Below, piece after piece: positions 36,000 to 47,679 of a DNA stretch of 64,000 nucleotides; the stretch's first letter is position 1; every line of letters starts with the position of its first letter. The DNA lies in the NCBI RefSeq assembly GCF_001194135.2, contig NC_068989.1:88260218-88324217 (forward strand), in the 5' to 3' direction. The translations under genes were made by a program, and so were the position numbers. The notes beneath the pieces are model-generated. The model saw only the letters and a list, made by a program, of their open reading frames with translations, was not told the origin of the DNA and ran no database searches. Origin of the DNA: Octopus bimaculoides (Eukaryota).

Positions 36000-36200
36000 A
36001 TCATCATCATCATTTAACGTCCACTTTCCCTGCAGGCATAGGTTGGATGGTTTGACAGGAGCTGACCAGCTGAAGGTCTGTTCAGGCCCCATGTCCATTT
36101 TGGTGGGGTTTCTATGGCTGGATGTCCTTCCTAACGCCAACCACTTTACAGAGTGTACCTGGGTGTTTTAATACAGCACCAGTATGGGTGCTATTTACAT
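36000..36200 (-). mobile_element. SINE-A
   Basis: Family tail in reverse. Confidence 0.85.
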
Positions 36201-36399
36201 GGCATTAGCACCTACAAACCTGCAAGATTAGGGATGCTCAGCTGGAGAGGGTTTCAGAGGATGAGCCTGTATGCAAGGGCAATCAGGCTTTTACTTAGTT
36301 TGACAGGTCTTTTCAAGTACAGTAAACCACAGGGAGTCTCGAGCCCCTATCATCCCCTCCTTGAGTCCCAACATCTGTAGATCCTTTCTCACCACTTCG

Positions 36400-36560
36400 G
36401 CCCACATCTTTCTGGGTCTACTCATTCCACGTTCCCTCTACAATTAGAGACCAGCACCTCTTGGTGCAACTGTCTTCATTCATATGCATTACATGGCCAT
36501 ACCAATGCAGTCTTCTCTCTTGCATGTTATATCTGATGCTATGTATACCCAGTTTTTTCT
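36400..36560 (-). mobile_element. RTE LINE ORF2 C-terminal fragment
   Basis: KKLGIHSIRYNMQERRLHWYGHVMHMNEDSCTKRCWSLIVEG. Confidence 0.88.
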
Positions 36561-38023
36561 CTGCAGACATGGATTGGACAATTAGGCATAAACTGGCAAG
36601 CTTGGCAGTGTTTCTATGGCTGGATGCCCGTCTTAATGCCAACTACTTCACAGAGTGTCCTGAGTGCTTTTTATGTGGCACTGACACTAGTGAAGTCACT
36701 AAGTAGCTTGTAAGAAAAGACTACCACAACTTATCAGGGAGTAGTATTGAGTGAAGTGGCTTTGCATCAGAGGATGAGATGAGATGTTAAAGTATGATAA
36801 AAGAAATGCCTTGCAGTAGGGGAGAGAGAGGGTTACTCTAGGCAGAAAAGAGAGGAGATGGTGAAGATGTGACAGAGTGTACCCTCAAGTTAAAGGAAGA
36901 TGAATATAGAAGTGGTATGGATGGGTAAGTTCGTGGGTGTATTAGTGGTAAATGGCAGACGTACAGAGATGGGGTATTTCCACTAAATTTCAATTGTTTT
37001 TATCTATGATCACCTATAAAGAGTTTTACTGATATCAAAACATGTGCTAGGAACCACTATTCTGAAATTAAAATTAATAACATTTTTGTATCTAAGGTCT
37101 CAATAGCATTTAAACCTGAAATCCATGATGTGTTGGTGAAAGTGAAGTGGTGAGAGCTATGAAACCCTAGAGATTCACAAAATTAATACTTAGTACAGTG
37201 GAGTGTATTGGTAAGATAAAATATGTTTAAATACCACCCACCTCTAAATGTCTTTCATGAGACAAAGTTCTTGTATCATAACATTAAGTAGATGAGAGAT
37301 ATTCAGTACCCCTGGCGAAGACAACGGTTTAGCATAGATGTACCTGCATGATTTAGTACTCATTCCAAAGAACTAAATAAACTGAAGTAGTGGCAAAATG
37401 AAATTCTCTGTTCAGAGTTCTGTGAGTGAACTCATGATGACTGACCTTTTATCCACAGGGCCTTCTCACTCCTACTGCTTATACTGAGACTGAAGAAACA
37501 GAGAGAGAGACAAATACATCTGCTGGATGGGATACTAACCCACAGCCATCACGGTAACATGTACCATGCTTTGGCTAATTATTTTATATAGGTTGTCACA
37601 AGCAGAAAGACAACAGACACTGTCTGGACCCTCCCAGTGGAGCAAGCAAGGATGTGACAGCTGGAGAAAAGGATGCAGCAGTATTAAGTAAGTGAATGTT
37701 TTCAACTAAGTAAACTGTAGCACCATCTAAGGAAATGTTTTGCTCAAGGACACAATACACTGTGCTGCCCTAGAATTGAACCCATGACATTTATGATTAT
37801 GAACCCAAGACCCTTACCACGAGGCCATGCTGTACTGTATTACTAACTGCTGTTGAGTAAACTAAAATAAAGACAAGCCTTGTTCACAGATACAAAATCC
37901 TCTTCAGTAATTAGTTTAATCATTTCATTTCTGCATTGTTGTTTTGAATGTGTGTATGGTGAAAGGGATGATAGAACATAAAAAATAAAACAAAAGAATG
38001 AAATAAAACATGCTTCATCTTAC

Positions 38024-38167
38024 ATCATCATCTTTGAGTTCTATAGATCCTGTACTCAGATTGGAGTTGTTATCCAAATGAGATACATGTGGATTGTGTT
38101 GTATTTGTGTTACCGGTGTAGCCTGTGGTTGTGATTGTGTCTGGCCATGTTGGTTTAGTGGCTGAAA
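38024..38167 (-). CDS. Internal coding exon, 144 nt, phase 0-0: FQPLNQHGQTQSQPQATPVTQIQHNPHVSHLDNNSNLSTGSIELKDDD (Gln-rich, low complexity; gene unidentified)
   Basis: Acceptor ttttttttttctcctttctgtttcag with a ~88-nt AG-free zone, donor GTAAGA, length a multiple of 3, only one frame open; alternative acceptor 6 nt downstream (TTTCAG twice). Confidence 0.7.
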
Positions 38168-39706
38168 CTGAAACAGAAAGGAGAAAAAAAAAATTGTTTA
38201 AGCAATGCAAATTGTGTTCATATAGAGACAACAACAACATACATAAATGTGAGGGCATGGAGCTGAGAAAAATTAGTTCTGATAGAATGATGAAAGAAAA
38301 AGGACCAAAAAAAAAAAAAGTGTGTGTGTGTGTAGCATACATTTGGGAAAACTTGGTTCATCTAAGTAAAATCTCTCACAACAACCAAAATATATAAATG
38401 TGGATGTGTGTTTGTGTGTATTCTCATCTATTGACGACTGCTGGATAGATTGACAACTATCCAGGTACTACTGTCACACATTGGTATGGATTGAATAGTA
38501 AAGTTTCTAAATATACACACATGCATGGAGAAAGTCTCTACATGGTCACTCAACTTGCTAGAAATAGCAACCACACCTCCCTTAAATCAGGTTTACCCAT
38601 ATCAAAAGCAAAATGATGCACTGAACAAAGTAATAAGGTCCTCCAATTTGAATCCAAGTTTTCCTTTAACTGCCCTTTTACTTCATAAAGTAAAAACAGT
38701 TTCGTTTTCTTTTAAGAAAAAAGTACAAATGAAAAGACAATATACATACATACATACATAACACACACATATATACAAAACAGTAAGTCATACTTGGTGG
38801 CATTGCTTCTAAGATAGAGATAATTTAATCACAGGTTGATGGTAAAGTAAGAATTTTCTTGAGGTAAATGGATGGTTCACTGATTTAATACTGAAAAAAT
38901 TATAATTATTTCACTAGTTGCTACAGTTCAAATATTTCACACCAGGATGAAACTTGTAGTCACTCTGAGGCCCTAAACCTTCCAACTGCATCTGATATAT
39001 GCAGGAGTATATACACTATTAAAAGAAGGAAAACATTCAGTAAAGAATTATCCTAAAAGAAGAACTTGAAAAAAAATCAAACACCTTATTTGACCCTTCA
39101 ACCTAGAATACAAAAACTATGTCCAACACCACCACCATCTCTACAAAGAAAGAAATCATCCAAAATGACAATGCAACTTTGTTGTAGAATGAAGTGCACT
39201 ATGCCATTTAAGTTAAATGAATTCATTATCACAGTAATTAATTAACATTGTTACCATTATTAAGTTCTAGAATCCTAAGAAATCCTCTCCGCCACTTCTG
39301 CTGACATCATGACAACCCAAGATGATAACCTGACAAGAAGGAATGCTGGACACTTTTAAACCATCCAGTCCAGTATCTCACAAATAACATCTAATTTGTC
39401 CTATCAGTCCAAGGTTAATAATAAGTACCAGTAATACACAAGGCTATTTTTGACTCTACCTAGTCTCTTGCAAAATGAGCCCACTGCCTACCAAAATAGA
39501 CATTTTTTTTTTTTTTTTTGGTAGTTTTGTGTCTTAGTAATTATTTACTATTATAATTATTACATTCTCAGTTCAAATCCCACAGGAGTTTATTTTACAT
39601 TAAGGATCAATTTAACAAGAATTAGTGGCCAAAATTTAATCAACTATAACCCCACCCTTCAAAAATTTGTGGCCCTATGCCTGCCATACATCTTTGTTGT
39701 TGTTGC

Positions 39707-39740
<34 letters not shown>

Positions 39741-40061
39741 TAATTAAAACTTTGATGCTAGAGTCTGTGTTCCTCCCTCAACCTGCTACAAATTTCTGTC
39801 TAATCTCCTTCAACCTACTATCGTCTTAGAAAGAAAAAAAGAATGCATTGTACATGAATTTGGATGCACAGGCTGATATAAAAAAAAAAAAGGATGGTCA
39901 TGAATGGAACGCCTTTGATCATAGGTATATTTGGACTAAATCACAACAGTAACTTTGTTAACACTCTAGAAAAGCATGACTGACATAATATTTTACATCG
40001 TTAAAACAACAAAACCAAAATGATCGCCGCAATCAGCCGATCGGTGTTTATAACAATAACG

Positions 40062-40102
<41 letters not shown>

Positions 40103-40747
40103 GGGGGTAAAAAAGGAAAGAAGGGTGCTTGTGCCTAAGAAATCGAAATCATGATCATTTGGGAAATCGATGGTGAAGAGTTAAAAGCTCAAACCAATTG
40201 AATTCATTATTCAATTTTGCTGCATTAAATGCAGTGAGACTGAGTAACAAGGTATGAACATCACAACATCTCGTTTTACTTCCAGCCCACCAAAATTACG
40301 ATTCCATACATCGTTATTATTAGCAATCAATATTACAATCGACATCATCATCATCAACATCAGCATCACCACCACCACAATTATCATGTTTCTTTCGAAT
40401 TTACTTCCAGTTATCCGCTTTAACATGACACTAACCTACGTAAAAGTTCATTGTTTTATTGCCACCGTAACATAAATTCAAGAAAGAAAAAATTAGACAC
40501 ACAAACATAAACCGAGTTAATATTTTTTTTTAAGGAAAAAAAATGAAAAAAATGAAAACTATTACAACAAACACACACACTCACACATATAAAAGACTTG
40601 AAGAGCAATTAATTAACAATGGACCGAAGTGATGGCTTTTCTGTATGTGATTGACTGCTACGAATGGTCAACCACATCTCTATCAACCTCTCTTTCACGC
40701 ACATTAAACACACGAATACACCAATCTCTATACAAGACCCATGGTAC

Positions 40748-40881
40748 CTCAACCTGCTCTGATACTCTGGCACTGAGAAGAATCTCTGGTTTTGAGAACT
40801 CATGGTTCCAGTCAGGGACAGCCATCACCACTAACCACAAATCGCGGTTATCTAGAGGGATCGTTCCGTGATTGTATTTCC
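40748..40881 (-). CDS. Candidate exon B (phase 1-0): KYNHGTIPLDNRDLWLVVMAVPDWNHEFSKPEILLSARVSEQVE
   Basis: Acceptor gtctcctgtctgtcag, donor GAG|GTACCA (moderate); open and in phase with the 38.1-kb exon. Confidence 0.3.
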
Positions 40882-41061
40882 CTGACAGACAGGAGACACA
40901 CACAAACACACGAACACATAGTCACACATATACATACATACGTTCGTATATACGAACTCGATCACCCAAATCTTTTACACCGAGTAAAATATATGGCAAC
41001 TCGAATCATAGTTCATTATTTATTTAAAGATTTGCCAATGTCAAAGAAAACTTTAGTTTAC

Positions 41062-41161
41062 AGAAGACGGTGGCTAACAGACCATAGTTCCAATGGGGGA
41101 CAGACATCAACAGCACACCGGGATTGCTCCCGTACCTACGGGGACCGTTCAGTTGTTTGTC
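41062..41161 (-). CDS. Candidate exon A (phase 0-1): DKQLNGPRRYGSNPGVLLMSVPHWNYGLLATVF
   Basis: Acceptor ctatcctgcagtcag, weak donor T|GTAAAC; paralogous to exon B. Confidence 0.2.
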
Positions 41162-41643
41162 CTGACTGCAGGATAGACGACGAACGGACGCAATCACGCA
41201 CGCACTTACACACACACAGACAAACACTTACACAGACACACACACACGCATAAACACATAGTAACTTAAATGCACACATACATATATATACACAGAAATT
41301 CCTAGATTAGAACTACAGCCATCTTTAATACAGTTTAGGGTTTATTTCGACTGCCGTAAAATACCTTTCGTTTAATACACTAGAATTCATAAGATCGACT
41401 CAAAACTAAACAATATTATTATCATCATCATCGTTAACATTATTAGGTATAACCATTATGCAACTGATAAAAAAAAAACTACTACTATCATTACATGTAT
41501 TGTAGTAGTGGTTGAGGGTGGTGTAGCAAATAGGTACAGCTCCCGGCGAACCATGATCGCTACCTGATTTCTATTGCTTTTAATTTCACGAAGATAAACT
41601 AACAAATGCAGAAAGACATAAATATCACGTCTCGTCGTAATAC

Positions 41644-41664
41644 CTCCTCGTCCAACTCTGTCAT
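41644..41664 (-). CDS. Candidate first coding exon segment MTELDEE
   Basis: ATG in a CpG-rich region, donor GAG|GTATTA, phase 0 compatible with the 38167 exon. Confidence 0.4.
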
Positions 41665-43489
41665 TCTACAGAAATCATTAAGGCTGATTGTCAAATCTCG
41701 GCGGTCGAGAAACAGGAGTCGCGGTTTCGATTGTCAATGAAGAACCGCTATCGTGTTTCAATTCCGCTTTCGATTAAAATAAAAGAAAAAAAGAAAAGGA
41801 AATGAAAAAGGCGTGGACGGCCAAAACTCCATTTATTTTCTTCACCAATAAAGAAAAGTTTTGCGTGTGAAAAAAAAACATTTTTTTTTTCCCCATTATT
41901 CCAAGTTATTAACAGTTTGCTGATTCATGTATCACGTTCAAATCTCGCCGGGTTTAACCTCACCTCAGGACCAATTTAATTCAATATATAGCAACACAAA
42001 GGTGATTTTCTGTCAAGTTACTCTTCGTTTCATCTCTCATCTTATAAATTTATCAGTTTTATAAAACATATTAGATTTGGACAAACCATAATAATAATAA
42101 TAATTATTATTATTATTATTATTGAAGTGTGGTAAAAGAATCAAAAGGGCCGATATATTTTAGTGAGGTGCCTTTATGTTCTGAGTTCAAACCCTGCCTG
42201 TACCATTCATCTTTCAAGGATCAATAAAATAGGTAGCGGGATCGATTAATTCGATTATAACACCACTTCTCTAAGAAAATCGTGGTGCTGTGCATATCTC
42301 AAAACAAAAAAAAAATTTGCCATCGTTATTATTAGTAGTAGCAGATTTATGAAAGATNNNNNNNNNNNNNNNNNNNNNNNNNNNNNNNNNNNNNNNNNNN
42401 NNNNNNNNNNNNNNNNNNNNNNNNNNNNNNNNNNNNNNNNNNNNNNNNNNNNNNNNNNNNNNNNNNNNNNNNNNNNNNNNNNNNNNNNNNNNNNNNNNNN
42501 NNNNNNNNNNNNNNNNNNNNNNNNNNNNNNNNNNNNNNNNNNNNNNNNNNNNNNNNNNNNNNNNNNNNNNNNNNNNNNNNNNNNNNNNNNNNNNNNNNNN
42601 NNNNNNNNNNNNNNNNNNNNNNNNNNNNNNNNNNNNNNNNNNNNNNNNNNNNNNNNNNNNNNNNNNNNNNNNNNNNNNNNNNNNNNNNNNNNNNNNNNNN
42701 NNNNNNNNNNNNNNNNNNNNNNNNNNNNNNNNNNNNNNNNNNNNNNNNNNNNNNNNNNNNNNNNNNNNNNNNNNNNNNNNNNNNNNNNNNNNNNNNNNNN
42801 NNNNNNNNNNNNNNNNNNNNNNNNNNNNNNNNNNNNNNNNNNNNNNNNNNNNNNNNNNNNNNNNNNNNNNNNNNNNNNNNNNNNNNNNNNNNNNNNNNNN
42901 NNNNNNNNNNNNNNNNNNNNNNNNNNNNNNNNNNNNNNNNNNNNNNNNNNNNNNNNNNNNNNNNNNNNNNNNNNNNNNNNNNNNNNNNNNNNNNNNNNNN
43001 NNNNNNNNNNNNNNNNNNNNNNNNNNNNNNNNNNNNNNNNNNNNNNNNNNNNNNNNNNNNNNNNNNNNNNNNNNNNNNNNNNNNNNNNNNNNNNNNNNNN
43101 NNNNNNNNNNNNNNNNNNNNNNNNNNNNNNNNNNNNNNNNNNNNNNNNNNNNNNNNNNNNNNNNNNNNNNNNNNNNNNNNNNNNNNNNNNNNNNNNNNNN
43201 NGTACACGCTAGGGTATTTAACACAAAAAAGTCGAAATCTACAATGGAAATAACTGTCCTAAATATATACGAATTTCCTTAAATTTATTGCAACCACTTT
43301 AAATATTTCAAATTTCGTAACCGAATCCGATTTTCATCATCATTTTTTTTTTTTTACAAAATAATCAGGTGAAAATTTAAAATATTTCAAGTGGTTGGCA
43401 GAAATTTTAAAATATCCAAATATATATGTATATATCTATATATGATAAAATACTATATTGTGTTTTATTGAAGAAGGGAAGAAACAGAA

Positions 43490-43620
43490 AGTGAAGATCT
43501 CGTGTTTGTACTATTTACATGGTGAATGAAAACAGGAAGTGAGGTTTGTAACCTATATCAATCTACTTCCGGTTCATATTTGTCAGCCGTTTCGCTTGTT
43601 TAGCAAAGCCGTGTTTTTAT
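43490..43620. promoter_or_regulatory. Probable core promoter with two inverted ETS-type sites
   Basis: CAGGAAGTG at 43533-43541 and ACTTCCGGT at 43565-43573, inside a SINE-free, CpG-enriched stretch (43.2-44.75 kb). Confidence 0.5.
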
Positions 43621-45619
43621 CGTCGCTCCATCGGCATGAAACATTCAAAATAAATAAAGAAGAAAAAATCAAATGCACAGTTGTGAACATCGTTTATTAC
43701 TTTAGTTTCGAAAAATAAAGCCATATTAGATAATTACTGTTTATTTTTTTGTAACACTCGGCTACGCAACAAATGTAAATAGTTGAATTCGATCAATTTT
43801 TCTTGTCTGTCTATCATTGACAAAAAACTGGGTTAGGGCCGGTATGGATGTTAAATGTTGACAATAGAGATATAAATACCTCCCTGAACATGATTCCCAT
43901 AAGAATATGGTAAATTTTTATGTGGTAGGGAAGGAAATAAGACTGAATGTCGTTACTGGGCAAATAAGAATTATTTACCAAACAACTTCAGGCGGAGGTG
44001 GTGGCGATAGAAAAAAGAAGAAAGAAAATATTTTAACGTATGATTTGATCGCTGAAAGTGGATTATCCTTAGATAAGAAACACTAATATGGCTATCAAAT
44101 TCCAATAGAATAATTTGGTGTAAAAATTAAAATATCTTTAGAATTATGAATTATAACAGCATGTAAAAACTTAGATGAAATATAAAAGGAATTTCTGACA
44201 TATTTATAAAGTAAAGGTATCGTCGATAGAATTTGTCGAAGTACTTTTGACTCGGTGTTTCTCAGAGAAAGGCGACTTGGAAGCCGTTGAAAACTGAAAA
44301 GAGGCGGACAAACTGCCATGTTTAATAAAACTGAAATAGTCCAAAAATGTACACCTGTACAACACCATGGTGAAGAAAAACGAATTAGATAAATGCAAAA
44401 TCTTTGGTCTTGTCATTAACAAATAGGGTTGCAAAACATTCAACTGACATTGAGAGGAGACTGGTATTTGTCAATGGGAGAGTCATGGGAAAATTGCATC
44501 CGCAGGACACCTAACGAAAAATTACCTTGAGTTTTTTTTTTTCTTTTTCTTTTCTTAAGTAGTGTTGCTCGTTTAATGATGTATTATGTCTTATGCGGCT
44601 CGTTTCTTATTAAAGGTTGCCTGCGCCTGATCTAGGCAGAAGAGCGGAAAATCGTCCCTAGAAGAACTTCACAAATAATAGGCATCTAGAAGTTTCGCAA
44701 CTAATCCTTTTCTGTAAATCAAGATTTTTTATTTTCATATATAATATATAAATATGTACATTTTTTGGAACATTGTCATTTTATAAGATTCTGCTGGCAA
44801 ATTTTAAAATTAACATACACATTTATTTACATGAAAGGAAATTACAGGAGAACTTTCATCTAATTCTTCCAAATCTTTCTGTTAAAACTGTATTGAAACC
44901 ATTTGTGGGGATTTTTTATCACAAAGGCATAAATCGATTTAATCTTTACTATTGCATGTCTCCAAACAAAATTTTAACTAAGAACAGAAAATGATAATAA
45001 TTAACCTAGGAAAGATGTGATATATTCTATCTATCATTCCACGATTTATTGAAACTGTCTTCCAATTATACTATTATTTACTACAACATTCTACCAGTTT
45101 CCCACAATTTTGTGTCAAATTCTCCATACTATTCCACTATTTACTTCCACCTTCTACCATTTTTGTCACATTCTATCTATTTATTGGAGCAGTGCCACAA
45201 CACTGCCCTCATAAATATACCAAGATCTATTATGTTATAATTCCGCCACAAAAATTGGCAACTGTGCCACAAAGAATGCTGACCACTAATCCATAAAACA
45301 TCCTCATTCCAACTGAATTAGCCTTAAATGAAGAACACATACAAAAGTTGCAGGACAAGCCATTCTTTGAGAGCAACAAAGTCATAGCAATACATAAAAT
45401 TAAATTACTCCACTCTCTCATAGGCTAAGGAGAAAGAAAAAGTTCTTGTTTCTCCAAAAGATGACATTATCTAGAAAATTGGAAATACTTCTTCCAACAG
45501 TATACTAACATCAAAAACTTTACACTTTACCTGTGAAGTGAAATTGGTAATGGCGGAGCCTCCATGTGGTTGTTTAATCTACAAGAAATAGCAGTCAAAT
45601 CTCTTGCATGAATGTACAC

Positions 45620-45800
45620 ACACATCACCATCATCATCCATTTCCCATGCTGGCATGGGTTGGACAGGTTGACAGGAGCTGGTAAGCCTGAGAGCTGCAC
45701 CAGGCTCCAGTTACCTGTTTTAGCATGGATTCTATGGCTGGATGCACTTCTTAATATCAACCGCTTTACAGAGTGTACTGGATACATCTTATGTGGCACC
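45620..45800 (-). mobile_element. SINE-A
   Basis: Family tail in reverse. Confidence 0.85.
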
Positions 45801-46099
45801 TGGACGGGTGCTTTATATCAGGGTTGCACCTTCCACAGCTTCATTGATTTTGATCAAGGTTTGCTTAGGTCATAGCTGACCTGTGGCTAAAAAAACAATT
45901 ATGACTATCATGGAAATACTTAGTGACGGAGGGGCTGGGGGCTAGAATTTCAAGTGCCAGGTACAGAATTCGATCTTCAGAAGAGGTTGGTCAAAGAGCC
46001 AAACTTGCCGTCTTCAATTTGATAATTGTGCCTTTGCTCGCCTTTAGTCATGAATGTCGGGCATTGACAGAAAGATCATGATAGCAAATACAAGAAGCA

Positions 46100-46280
46100 A
46101 AAATGGAGTTCCTCGTCTGTATCTTTGTGTTTGTCCCTCACCATTACTTGGCAACCAGTGTAGGTTTACTTATGTCCCTGTAACTTACCAGTTCAGCAAG
46201 GGGGGGGGGGTTTAGAATAAGTACTGGACAGTGCTCCAGCATGGCCACAGTCGATAGACTGGAACAAGTAAAAGATGAAA
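46100..46280 (+). mobile_element. SINE-B tail, diverged
   Basis: GTAACTTACCAGTTCAGCAA..AGAATAAGTAC..GCTCCAGCATGGCCACAGTC. Confidence 0.75.
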
Positions 46281-46804
46281 TGTAAAAGTGTGTGTGCATC
46301 CATGCTGAGGAGGTTACATAGTTAATTCAATGCTTTAATGACTGTTTGTAAAATGTTCTTTCTGTGTTATTCAGATGAGAATATGCAGTGTCAATGACCT
46401 CCGTGGGTTTTCCCGGACTGATGCAATTCTTATGATCAAATGCCCAGTTTACACATCGGCAGCAAATACCTTTGAGTGGATTTCAAAATACTCAAGAGTT
46501 TTCAGAGTGGATAGAGTTTTAGTAACTAACATTTTAATGTATTTTTGCAGACACTTAGTGGGTGTTTTGATATACAACTTAAACACAAAAACATGTTACT
46601 TCGTTACTGTATTTGGTTTGCAAGATTCTTGATGTGAATTCATGTGTTCAAACAAATTTTGTTGTGTCTTGGGAAGGTCACTGCACCAATATTAACAATA
46701 ACACAAGCACTGGTTCAATATCACTTCTTTATTGTTAGTCACTCGGTTAAATATCTAACTAATTGATTGTTTGTTTAATGTGCCAGTGAAACAATCAATT
46801 CCTT

Positions 46805-47004
46805 ATGCTTTTCTTTTCATTTGACTGCGGCCATGCTGGAGCATCGCCTTTAGTTGAACAAATCGACCCTAGGACTTATTCTTTGTAAAACTGGTACTTA
46901 TTCTATCGGTGTCTTTTGCTGAACCACTAAGTTACGGGAACGTAAACACACCAACATCAGTTGTCAAGCGATGATGGTGGTGGGAACAAACAAACACACA
47001 CATG

Positions 47005-47077
<73 letters not shown>

Positions 47078-47245
47078 GACGGTCTTCTTTCAGTTTCCAT
47101 CTACCAAATCCACTCACAAGACTTTGGTCTCAGCCTGAGGCTATAGTAGAAGACACTTGCCCAAGATGCTATGCAGTGGAACTGAACCTGGAACCATGTG
47201 GTTGGAAAGCTAACTTCTTACCGCACGGCCATGCCTGCACCTATT
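46805..47245 (-). mobile_element. SINE-B, full length, with a ~70-bp internal (TA)n
   Basis: Tail 46805-46990, (TA)n about 47007-47077, head to 47245. Confidence 0.9.
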
Positions 47246-47679
47246 GGTCATTTGTTAGTCAAAGTCCTTTTGTCACTATTTACAACCTTTTCAATAATCT
47301 ACCCTCTCTCTTCAAGATCTGCTCTGAGTCTGATACATTACTCTTTTGGAAATTCTTGTGCTACCATTTATGTAATAAGGCAACTTTGATTTGAGGATTT
47401 TAATTGCAATATGAATAATTTAACTTGAAAAAAAAAAGAAGTGGTTTTGGGTTAAGACATACAGACAGAGTAAATTATTGCTGAAACTTAGCAATGTATG
47501 TCATGAAGTTGACCGAGAGGGGTGGAGGATTCACCATACATCCCTCCTCTCTTTTCAAAGAATAAAAAAAACATACACACAACTACTTTGATAAACAACA
47601 CAAAATAAAATCTCCAAGACAAAAGACCTGAAACAGAAGGTGGGTGGGGAGTGATAAAACAAAAACGAAACAAAAAAAA

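Noticed and set aside
37459-37690. Pair of + strand exon-like segments with AG/GT borders
   Set aside because: The intervening intron would be only ~38 nt, the peptides are unrecognisable, and they are antisense to the better-supported gene
38790-38890. Minus-strand segment with good acceptor and GTATGA donor
   Set aside because: Stops in all three frames and its terminal ATG is out of phase with the next exon; at most a poison or UTR exon
40609-40803. MSSQNQRFFSVPEYQSRLR, reminiscent of the creatinase/Xaa-Pro peptidase N-terminal FSxxEYxxRL motif
   Set aside because: Short motif, ends in phase 2 (incompatible with the 38.1-kb exon), and no further peptidase exons found
40826-40866. Partial matches to miR-9/9* (CTAGATAACCG) and miR-34 (TGTGGTTAG-TGGT)
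   Set aside because: Seeds do not match, there is no proper precursor geometry, and 10-11-nt matches are expected by chance across many miRNAs
46375-46632. 85-aa ORF MRICSVNDLRG.. as a real CDS, or the hairpin as a SECIS or selenoprotein signal
   Set aside because: No recognisable protein; helix II is too short and there is no apical AA(R); in-frame TGA reading gives no selenoprotein motif
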